Program-made: the position numbers and the translations under genes | Assembly: GCA_001661245.1 (NCBI GenBank) | Contig: KV454011.1 | Span: forward strand, 1,142,724 to 1,206,723 | Source: Pachysolen tannophilus NRRL Y-2460 | Lineage: Eukaryota | Reading direction: 5' to 3' | DNA: 64,000 bases | In this document: piece by piece, positions 55,301-64,000 of the stretch | How the letters are laid out: each line of letters begins with the position of its first letter | How positions within the stretch are numbered: the first letter of the stretch is position 1 | Notes under the pieces: model-generated | Seen by the model: the letters and a program-made list of their open reading frames with translations, nothing else | Databases searched by the model: none | Told to the model about the DNA's origin: nothing

Positions 55301-56759
55301 ATTTAGATTTACCAAATTGAACTCTGTTTCAATTGCTTCTTTCAACAATTTGAGTGCTTCTAACGGGTTGATATATATTGATGATAATAAAAATGCTAGA
55401 GTAGTTGAGATAGATTCCTCGAAGGAAGATTATACCAATAACTTACCGATAAGACAACTTCCAATTGGTGAAACTATCAAAACGGTTACATATCACGTTA
55501 CTTCAAACACATTTATTGTTTCTATTGTTAAGAAGATCCCATATAACTGTGTGGATGAGGATGGAAACAAGGTAGGAGGTTCTAACGATTTGCAACCTCC
55601 GGCAAATTCATATAAAGGTTATATCAAATTGATTTCTCCTATGAATTGGTCTGTGATTGATCAAATAGAGTTAGAAGATAATGAGGTTGCCTTAAACATA
55701 AAATCTGCATTTTTGGATATTTCGAAAAACCATCAAAATCCACTTAAAAAAGAATTTTTGATCATTGGTTGTGGTATCTATAGAATGGAGGATTTAGCTG
55801 CCAATGGTTCATTTAAACTTTTTGATATAATTTCAATTATCCCAGAACCTGGTAAACCTGAAACAAATCATAAATTTAAAGAAATTTTTCAAGATCAAAC
55901 AAAAGGAGCTGTCACAACGATATGTGATATTAGTGGCCGTTTCTTAACTGCACAGGGACAAAAAATCATTATCAGAGATTTACAAGATGATAATACTGTT
56001 TTACCAGTTGCCTTTTATGACTGTTCAGTTTATGTTAGTGAATCGAAATCTTTTGAAGATTTATTGTTATTAGGAGATTCAATGAAAAGTGTATGGTTAT
56101 TAGGGTTTGATGCCGAACCTTACAGGATGATTATGTTAGGTAAAGATAACTGTAAGTTAGATGTGTCCTGCGCTGATTTCATAATATACGATAAACAATT
56201 ATATATATTGGTTGCAGATCATGATAATATTTTACATTTGTTACAATATGATCCGGAACATCCAGGTTCTCAATTAGGTCAAAAATTATTAAGAAAGGCT
56301 ATATTTAAATTAAATTCAAAGACGACTTGTATCAAGAGATTATTGAAATTTGAAGAATTTAACCAATTTAATAAAGATAACAAGTTTCAATGTTTAGGTT
56401 CCAATGCAGATGGATCTTTTTTCAAAATTGTTCCAATTTCAGAGTCAACTTATAGAAGATTTTATGTTTTACAACAACAGATCATTGATAAAGAATTTCA
56501 CATTGCTGGATTGAATCCAAGATTAAACAGATTTGATAATTTACCTTCAAACTTGAATGGATGTTTGAACCTGAATAGTAGTAGTGTTATTAATGGGATT
56601 TCATCAAGACCAATTTTAGAATTTGATTTGATTAAAAAATTTTTGAATTTTAACGAAGATAGAAGAAGAATGATTTCAGGTAAAGTTGGTAAAAATTCTT
56701 ATAGTGATATCTACAGGGATTTTATTGAAATAGAACATAGCTTAGACTACACCTCTTAA
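52377..56759 (+). CDS. CFT1: Cleavage/polyadenylation factor subunit Cft1 (CPSF160)
   Basis: IDTVSLHFYE, YHEPILAIL, NLPYD, LINCGPI, IPEPGKPETNHKFK, LGFDAEPYRM, AGLNPR. Confidence 0.93.
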   Translation: MDLYHQFIDPTKVSNSLTCNFIDPQIENLILSKGTLLQIFQVISVNETNDNGNKSLVLTKAKRLKLIVEYRLDGLILDLHKIKTVDSPTLDNIIVCFKTAKVSLLRWDHLNFKIDTVSLHFYEPYFQKLMLDSLDDSTIFKVDPNGYCACLVYKDLFCFLPFKQGDEEDDQEENEEDLYLEESNRKKRKTNNGKSDGKSEGEIEDRNEEINNNKTNNSHNELKQLFDPSFILTASKLDPSIKNIINIEFLNSYHEPILAILFQEELTWTGTLPIKKDTTRLLVLSLDLKNASSTVIIDVKNLPYDLDKILPLPDHFNGGCLLVGSNEIIHVNPMGSTSGIGINSFYKDCSKFKNLKDQSSLNLKLENCFVSYLGDMDKFLIINNSDDDDSQSPFYVLKFNLNAGSMSNFLQIEQLPSHANTQDLVLTRPICINKFNEDDHLFFVGCDGGDSMLISWDYKNTEDSANGQIQELENEGNGNGESEDVTNNLEDEDEDAYLYSDDESKPSNKLKTQSIDDKQKNSNGKKSLKKSIQNLVFTKQDHLINCGPITSFTMAKISTEKKFFGLINPNLNEECIIASSCYDKSSKISILQPSLKPIVKSSLKFSNVNRIWTIRKDSKSNKSDYLVTTNFDNYKTEIFSINDNYKNVYTVDFNVNEITILMKNITKNNKILQITTTSIKVYDNKFHILVSLKFDNEIIYGYNLDNFVMITLQNGDVEIFEFIEHDLLKLSKDIKILEEDFNKDKRKKQKKAQIETKKQELKSTARYELLKLELPSILSDIIITTGCIINSTLLNNVKIAGVKKDLNGIEKNNTTLDEKVPLFFLVTVDNRIIIFQKNHDEKIFQLSEIEKLNELINIEQMFSNPDLIPDPKIKQILVCDLGDQYDAEEYLTILTVGGEIIIYKIFNAFSEKKLIKINDLSNLLLTGAPDNAYPNGTKIERKLIYLENLNGFKSIMITGLRTFIIIKTSKSLPKIFRFTKLNSVSIASFNNLSASNGLIYIDDNKNARVVEIDSSKEDYTNNLPIRQLPIGETIKTVTYHVTSNTFIVSIVKKIPYNCVDEDGNKVGGSNDLQPPANSYKGYIKLISPMNWSVIDQIELEDNEVALNIKSAFLDISKNHQNPLKKEFLIIGCGIYRMEDLAANGSFKLFDIISIIPEPGKPETNHKFKEIFQDQTKGAVTTICDISGRFLTAQGQKIIIRDLQDDNTVLPVAFYDCSVYVSESKSFEDLLLLGDSMKSVWLLGFDAEPYRMIMLGKDNCKLDVSCADFIIYDKQLYILVADHDNILHLLQYDPEHPGSQLGQKLLRKAIFKLNSKTTCIKRLLKFEEFNQFNKDNKFQCLGSNADGSFFKIVPISESTYRRFYVLQQQIIDKEFHIAGLNPRLNRFDNLPSNLNGCLNLNSSSVINGISSRPILEFDLIKKFLNFNEDRRRMISGKVGKNSYSDIYRDFIEIEHSLDYTS

Positions 56760-57245
56760 AAGAAGATGACTTTTATTTTTTTGTATTATAGATAAATAGC
56801 TTTTTTTTTTACAATTAATTATATAATTTAATTCAAAAGAATACAACTATATTCACTAACATTAAACTGAATTAAGATACAACAACAATAGTATTTCAGA
56901 TAAAAAATCATTAACTAATCGATTACAAAAACTGCTGCAATAAAGAATCACTACCGACCAAAATTGCAAAATTATGTTTAAAATATATATAATATTAAGA
57001 TAAGGTGAGAATAAAAAAAAAAGACGTAAAAGCAACAATGAACTTCAGTAAAAATCTTCCATAATAAATGCAAAAGTAAAAATAAAAACAAAAGATATCT
57101 TCAAAGCTAAAGGTCAACCATGCATATATGAGCATATAGCATATATATATATATATATATATATTTAAATATATATATAAAAGAGTTTTGTTTTTTTTTT
57201 TTTTTTTTTTTTAGTATTTTGGTAATTTAGTAAAAAAAATATTTT

Positions 57246-57686
57246 TCACTTCTTCAACTTTTTCTTTTTTTCTTTTTCCAATCTTTCTCTTTCCTCAGCC
57301 TCAACCAAGGACAATCTTAGAGCTTCTGCAATCATTCTTTCTTCCAATTCCATTGTTTCTGACCTTTGCCTAACATTTGGAACATAATGATTATTATCAA
57401 ATTCCAAATTTCCACCATTACCTCCATTAGTATTGTTTACATCAATACCATTTGTATTATGATCATAAATTAAAGAAGTTGCATGAATAGCACTTGCAGC
57501 AGCAGATCTTCTTGCTAATTTCAATCGAGAATTTTTTAATTTAGCTTCCCAATCTGGTCTAATAGCATCAGACATGACCACACCTGGGGCATTAGGAGGT
57601 AATGAACCTCTCCTTTTCCTTTTAACATTCACTGTTTCATCTGATGTTGATGGCGAGCTTGTCTGCGGTCCCACTCCATGATTATA

Positions 57687-57719
<33 letters not shown>

Positions 57720-58838
57720 GTAATTGTAATTACCGTCTGGTGAAAGTTGATTTAAAAGAGAAGGTGAATTTCTAGGAGGTGTACCTGCTGCGGAATGTGT
57801 TTTTGAAATTGCTAAACTAATTGAAGTTGAATTTGAATTTGAATTATTATTAGTATTTATGAAGTCTGATGATGATCCTTCCTCTGTTATTGTAGTTGTA
57901 TCTTGATTTTTATAATCTGCAGGAGGTATACCACCTAATCCTGTTCTAAAATTTGGAGGCATATAAGTAACACCAAAATCTGACATTGCACAAAAAGGAC
58001 ATTTAGCAGGTTCACTTATCAATGCTTCTGGATTTTTTTCATCATTTTCATTAACATTTCCTTCTTCATCATGTGGTGGATGAGGATCCAATCTTTTAAT
58101 TTGAACAAAACATTCGGTACAAATTGGTTGAACACAACAACGACTTAAATTCAAATAAGGAGGATAATATAAGAAACATATAGGACATTCTGTAGCATTT
58201 CTATATAATTTCAATTGTAAATCTTTTGATGGTAAGAATGGGAATTTTTTTATTCCTTGTTTTTGAATATTTTTATCCTTTGCATATCTTATTTCAGCAT
58301 CTTCTTGCCATTTGAATGCTCTTATTTTTAATAATTGTTTATTTTTTTTGCTTTCTAATTTCCTCATTGCATTCGAAGACCTATGAAACTTATGTATATC
58401 CATATCTTCTTCTTCCTCATCATCATTTTCCGATGGTTTAGAATGTAAAGTTAATTTATCCAATATCACCAATAATTCATTATCAGTCCAACTAGATTCA
58501 AAATCTTGTAAAGGAGTATAAAATGGAGCCAATTTCCTATCAATTATTAAAGTCTTGACAGTATCAGTCTTATAATAAAGATTGGAATTATATGTACCAT
58601 ATGGAGCAAGAAACCCTCCATCAACAGTTTCTTCATACCTTACAATCAAATTCCAAGCATGCTCTTCTCTCAGTCTTTCCTTTTCCTTCTCTCTCTTACT
58701 TTTCTTCAAAATCGATTGAGTATTACCACCACTAAACGGTAGCGACGTGTTAGCGCCGTTGGAAATACTACCAATTGAAATTCCTCTTGGACGTCTAGTA
58801 GTAGTTTGTTCTGTTTCTTTTGCAGGAACGTTACCCAT
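57246..58838 (-). CDS. SIP5: Snf1/Reg1-interacting protein Sip5
   Basis: MGNVPAKE (possible myristoylation), ETVDGGFLAPYG, RKLAPFY, ECPICFLYYP..CCVQPICTECFVQIKR..CPFC, and LEERMIAEALRLSL. Confidence 0.92.
57688..57719 (-). repeat. (AAT)n coding microsatellite (poly-Asn) in SIP5
   Basis: TTA/ATT trinucleotide run on the plus strand, encoding an Asn tract. Confidence 0.85.
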
Positions 58839-59421
58839 TTTTGTTTTTTTTTTTGCTACTTTAGATGAATGAATATTAGAATTAAATAGATTAATAACGA
58901 TTTCTTTTTTTTGTTACTCTTTTGTTCTTTTTCTTTTCAAATGATGATAACTTTCTTTTCTCTTTGTTAGCTCATAGAAACTTTATCTAAATCATGTAAG
59001 ATCAGTATATATTAGAACAACCAGTTGCTCTTCTTCAACTTAAACAAAACAACGGATAAAACAAAAAACAAAAAAAAAAAAAACAAACCCAAAATACAAA
59101 AGATTAAAAATGATGGCAAAATTCAATAGAGAACGTTTCTGTCCATATACTCTAACTAACTGATGATAAAGATTAATTACTATATTGTCGAATTTATTTA
59201 ATTTATTTAATTTATATATTATATATATATTATATATTATCTTCTTATCTTATTATATTAACAGAGAATCCGCCTCTTTTTCCAATAAAAACATACGGTT
59301 AAAGGCTCAATTACTCGATTAGGAAATGACATTATTTCAGTTTGCAACGGAGCAGAAAGAAGCTGATGGAGTTGAAAGAAGGTGAAAGAAGCTGACGGTA
59401 ATGGAGGTGGATATGGATGAG

Positions 59422-61441
59422 CTATGGATGGGATAGGCCGTAACCGAAGCCCAAACCGATACTCATCATGATTAGTAGTGATGTTGCAAGACTTAATATT
59501 CCTGCTATGAGCTTGTGACTTTTGCTGATTGTACCTAATTTGTTATCTAGTAAACCTAAAAAGATGAATAAATAGAAAGGTGGCATTAAGATGGAAAGAA
59601 GTAATAGGTATCTTGATGTCTTTTTCGAACAAGTCTTGGCGTTGAAATGGTATTGTTTGTAGTAAGTTTTGCAAGTACTAATGTCGCTGTTTGAAGCGCT
59701 TGATATTGTAGTAGTAGTAGCGTTGTAAAAACTGTGATGGCTATGGTTTGATGTATCTACTAGTTTGAGTTTTTCCTGACTCAAGTCATTGAGGAAAAGA
59801 GGTGGTCTTTTCACTCCACTGTAGAGTCGATCATTGTAATCATTGTAATCATTATAATCATTAAAGTGGCCGTGGCCGTGGTCGATGTTGCTCCCTGCAC
59901 CTCGGAGCCCGCTGCCATTGGGCCCACCGATACCACTACTACCACTACTGTGTTTTCTTGTTGAACTAAATGTTTCAAATGTTGGTGAGCCAGATTTTAT
60001 CTGTGCCGCTCTTGGAACTAAGTTTTCTAAAGATCCAGGGTTGGTATTTGTAGTTATAGAGCGGTATAGTGAAGATGGTGCTGTACGTAGCGAATGAGAA
60101 TGCAGTGAATGATTGCGCTTAGTGCTCAACATTGAAGAGAATGATCGCTTGGCACTACTTTGCTCACTTCTGCTATCAGGTGCTGCAGATGCAGATGCAG
60201 CAGCTGAAGCAATCAACTCTTCTTGTGTAATTAACAAATGAGGTTTACCTGGTTGTGATCTTCTAAAATTTTCTAAATGATCAAGACTTTCATTTGAATA
60301 TTTTAAATCTTTTGGCACTGAACAAGAATTTATCATTGCTTGATAAAATGCAGAATTTGAATTTGAATTTAAATTTGATGTTGTACCTAATGATGGGAAT
60401 CTTTTAGAAACATTTGGCAGTGTTGTTGTTGTTGTTGTTGTTATTGACTGATTTGTGAGCTTGAAAAGTTTCTCTAATTCGTCAAATTTCTTGTCATATT
60501 CAAACTCATCCACAGATTGATGGAAATAAAGCTGTTCTTTGGATTGCGTAACTACATCGGCCTCTCCAACACTAACAATTTCATCTTCAAAAATATCTGA
60601 AAGAAATGAGAAATTGTTTCCTTCATCCTCTTGAATGATGTTTTCATTATCAAATGCTTTTTCTTTTTCTTCTTCTTCTTCTACTTCTTTTTCCTCTTTT
60701 GCATAGTTACCTTGTGATTTCAAAAATTCAAAATTCAGTGATGATGCTGTTTTAAAAGAAGCTGAGGAATCGTTACCACTACTAGTCTTTCTAATCGATG
60801 ATGAACCACCACTGCCTGAGTTTACATTTATTGAAGATACATCAGGACTCGAAATATAATGATTTAGTATACTAGTATTGGCAAGACTAGAATTAAAAGA
60901 TCCATTTGATATTAAATTCGATCTAGTACTGTTACCACTACCGGGTACTTTAGTCTTCTTTATGCTAATATTAGATGTAGATGTAGATGTATTGGTCAGT
61001 GTTGGTGAATTAAAATTGAGTGTCTTTTGTGTTTCATATACGTTATCAGAATTATCCAGAAATATTGTAAAATTTTGTTGTTGTTTATCTCCTGAGCTTA
61101 ATGATTTGGAACTAGCTACTGATTTACGTTTCTTTAATGTTATCTTTTTTCTGGTATTTGTTTTAGTAGCAGTAATTGGTAAATTATTGTCAATGTTTAA
61201 AGTCGTATTAACATCAAGATCTTCTAAGAAACTTTCTCTAAAATATCCACCCAAACTTTGCTGAGATTGTCTTATTAATGATTCTCTTCTTCTAAGAGAT
61301 TTTGAATTTTTTCTTTCAACTTTCCTTTCAAATTCACCAAATGATGCTAAAGTATTTAAAGAGATTGCCTTATCTATTGATTCTTCAGTTTGATTTCCAG
61401 CACCATGTAATAAATCTGATATCGTTGTAGATTCTTCTTCT

Positions 61442-61475
<34 letters not shown>

Positions 61476-61914
61476 TCTCTTCATCTTTCCTTCCTTTTCC
61501 AAAAGAAGAAATACTTGGGTTATTAATATTCCTTATATTCCAAGGAGAATTCGAATCTATTGGCATTGGTGCTGTAGGTGTTGTGGGTGTTATTTGTCCA
61601 TCCAATTTTGTAAAAGATCTTTGTTTGGTTGGTGATAAAGGTATAGAATTCATAAGACTTTCTCCTGCACTTATAATTGACATTCTAGAAAAAATACCTC
61701 TTCTCCTATTGATACTGTTACTTCCATGTGTTATTGCATTTGGTGATGGTTTTTCAAAACTTTGTGATTGTCTACCGGGTGTAGTATTAGCCGTACTTAA
61801 TGTATGTGATGATGAGAAGACATTTGCAGTGGAAGCAGATGATGAAGATATTGAATTGGGGATATCACTAGTGGGCAGCTTCTTCTTTCTACGCTCGGGA
61901 CTAAGAAAATTCAT
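59422..61914 (-). CDS. Ser/Thr-rich protein with two C-terminal TM helices, Bud8/Bud9-like bud-site landmark
   Basis: Long low-complexity N-terminus, then LLSILMPPFYLFI, a short loop and ...MSIGLGFGYGL at the extreme C-terminus, resembling the recalled Bud8/Bud9 ending (PP motif; IGFGVG). Confidence 0.6.
61432..61474 (-). repeat. (GAA)n coding microsatellite (poly-Glu) in the BUD8/9-like gene
   Basis: TTC trinucleotide run on the plus strand, encoding a Glu tract. Confidence 0.85.
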
Positions 61915-62069
61915 TATAATATAGCTTCCCTATTTAGCATCAATTGTTTGAGTGTGAAATAGAAAGAAAGCAAAAAAAAGAAAAAAATTTACTTATAACT
62001 GTAATTCAATCTCTTTATGAAAACAAAAAAAAAATTATTTAGAGGGTCCAAAACAACTAGAGAAAGCTC

Positions 62070-62188
62070 TTCCTGATTTGGGTTAGAAAAGTTAGTTTAT
62101 TTCTCTTTTGTTTTCACATCGAGCCAAAACTATTTTTTTTTTTTCGGTACTAAAGAAAGTGTTTACAATGTTTATTTGGTTTGTTTAC
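62070..62188. promoter_or_regulatory. Mcm1-like site plus three forkhead sites upstream of the BUD8/9-like gene
   Basis: TTCC-TGATTT-GGGT at 62070-62083; TGTTTAC 62160-62166, TGTTTAT 62169-62175, TGTTTAC 62182-62188. Confidence 0.55.
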
Positions 62189-62559
62189 ATTTTGCCTTTT
62201 GAGGAATCTTTTTTTTTTTTTTCATCGACATGATGGGTACTAAATAAATAATACCAAAACTTAAAATGTCTTTTGTTGATTAAGTATTCAACAGATAGAT
62301 ACGGCTAGAAACAGACAGCTTTCAAACGCAATTTTATATGAAAAACATATGTTATATAAAGAAAGAAAGAAATAAAAAAATAAAAAAAAAAAGAAATAAA
62401 AAATAAAAATAACCTTCATCTAACCCATTCATTCAAGTAACTAAAATAAAATACAAATACAAAAGAAAAAAAAAAAAAAAAAAAAAAAATTTAACAAACA
62501 ATGGAATAGAAAATCACGTATATATATACCCAACTTTATGGATTTCACGTCATTTTGAA

Positions 62560-63666
62560 TTAATCGTTGTGCGTTGTAGTGTCATCACCTTTATCTTCTT
62601 GTGTTGCCAATACTTGACTTGCCAACATGCCTAATGTATCTAACATATGATTATTACCATTACTATTTGAAGAAGATCTTGAAGAAGGAGAATCTCTTCC
62701 TGAATTTAAAGTTCTACTCAATTGTGATTTTAAATCTTCAATTTCACGAAGTAATCTTAAATTTTTCATTTTCAGTATTTTTAATTTATTATATTTCAAT
62801 TTTTTATAATGTTTAATCAATTTTAAATTTCTTTTGTTTAATTTTTCATTTTCTAAGATTAAACTACTCAAATTTATTTGAAAAGTTTCTAAATTTTTTA
62901 ATAAAATTTGTTTTTCAATATTTTTTTGTTCTAGTATTGTCTTTATTTGAAATTTAAATAAATTTTTATTTAAATTTAAATTTAATAATGAAGATTTTGA
63001 ATGATTTAAAATTTCAACTAATTTTTTAATCATTTTAGAAGGATCTTGTTTATTATAATTTTCTTTTAAATCATTCTCATCTATTGATGATGTTTCATTT
63101 ATGAAAAATTTCGCTTTTTCAATTATCAGCTCAATTTCAGAAAGAATCTTTCCACTTTCATTATCAATTAAATTCAAATCATTTTCATTCGAACTATTCT
63201 CATTTTTTTGACCTTCTTGTATATTATTCGCTATTTTATCCTCACTAAATTTTGAATCTTCTCCTGCTTCCATTTTTTTCAAATTTGTTACTTGCTGACC
63301 ATCATTAGTAATATCTTCCACCCCCATTTTGTCCACCTCATTCTTAATCTTATTAATCTTATTCTTCTTATCATCACTAGTATCATCATTATCAACATCC
63401 CGGATTTTCCTCTTTTTCATACCATTGACCCCAAAACTCTTGCTAGACAATTCTTCCCCACCACCAGCACCAGCACCAGCACCCTCTTGAGATGATGATA
63501 AAGTAGAACTCGAACATTGAGATGAAACCTCAGTGCTAAGAACCTCTGATGATTTAGGTGAAAAAATAGTCAGTTGCTCTGAAGTTGTACATTGCTTATT
63601 AGATGAAGACAACACTTGTTCCAAGTTCAGCTTACCAACTAATTCCTGGGTCTGTAAAGTAGCCAT
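62560..63666 (-). CDS. Coiled-coil protein, Fdo1 (YMR144W)-like
   Basis: 368-aa ORF with a coiled-coil region. Its C-terminal motif MLDTLGMLASQVL resembles a motif I recall from S. cerevisiae Fdo1 (unverified). Confidence 0.5.
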   Translation of the reverse strand: MATLQTQELVGKLNLEQVLSSSNKQCTTSEQLTIFSPKSSEVLSTEVSSQCSSSTLSSSQEGAGAGAGGGEELSSKSFGVNGMKKRKIRDVDNDDTSDDKKNKINKIKNEVDKMGVEDITNDGQQVTNLKKMEAGEDSKFSEDKIANNIQEGQKNENSSNENDLNLIDNESGKILSEIELIIEKAKFFINETSSIDENDLKENYNKQDPSKMIKKLVEILNHSKSSLLNLNLNKNLFKFQIKTILEQKNIEKQILLKNLETFQINLSSLILENEKLNKRNLKLIKHYKKLKYNKLKILKMKNLRLLREIEDLKSQLSRTLNSGRDSPSSRSSSNSNGNNHMLDTLGMLASQVLATQEDKGDDTTTHND

Positions 63667-63866
63667 CCCGCTTTCCTCCTAACGTTCACAAAAAGTACCC
63701 AAAAAAAGTTCCCTGAACGTTCCTGAACGTTTCTAAAAGTTTCCAACTAATGTTCCTAAATCTTTAATTGGCAGCACTCACTCACACTTTCAAATACAAA
63801 AAGTTCAAATTAGTATTTGTTTTTATAAGTTTTCTTTTTTGTTTGGCGCATACTCAGGCCTAAAAG

Positions 63867-63872
63867 ACGCGT
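63867..63872. promoter_or_regulatory. MCB element upstream of the FDO1-like gene
   Basis: ACGCGT about 200 nt upstream of the ATG at 63666. Confidence 0.45.
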
Positions 63873-64000
63873 AAAAGAAAAATATCAAAAAACAAAAAAA
63901 AAAAAAATTGCTAACAAAACTCAAAGTCGTGTTAAACACACTCAAATATCCAAATCGGGAACAATTTTTTGTTTTTCTTCTTTCTTCTGGAAGTCGTTCT

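Noticed and set aside
59355..59395. Three GAAAGAAG(C/G)TGA direct repeats
   Set aside because: Short, degenerate, with no spacer structure or terminal repeats; not a CRISPR array or mobile element.

Overview
AT-rich, gene-dense chromosomal segment from a budding yeast (Saccharomycotina) carrying 24 protein-coding genes, most of them housekeeping: CWC15, QCR7, SPB1, a SUT1-like sugar symporter, PUT2, GPI11, a RAD4/RAD34-like gene, AIM24, a Zn2Cys6 factor, a gamma-glutamyltransferase, POL3, HLJ1, QRI1/UAP1, an aldehyde dehydrogenase, NIK1, PET112, ATG8, ROT2, VAS1, RRP46, a 2OG-Fe(II) oxygenase, STH1, CFT1, SIP5, plus BUD8/9-like and FDO1-like genes. I recognised no tRNA, rRNA, mobile element or CRISPR array. 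The ORF track misses several things. (1) In-frame CTG codons sit at conserved Ala positions, implying the CUG-Ala code (Pachysolen-type, table 26), so the provided translations are probably wrong at CTG. (2) Spliced exons complete QCR7 and the Zn2Cys6 DNA-binding domain. (3) A hidden upstream exon adds a mitochondrial-type presequence to VAS1. (4) The RAD4-like gene is split by a -1 frameshift in an A11 run. (5) A CACGAC motif recurs in promoters, and G/C skew appears to flip around intergenic regions. I found no clearly new multi-gene system. Gene identifications come from recalled family motifs, not database searches.
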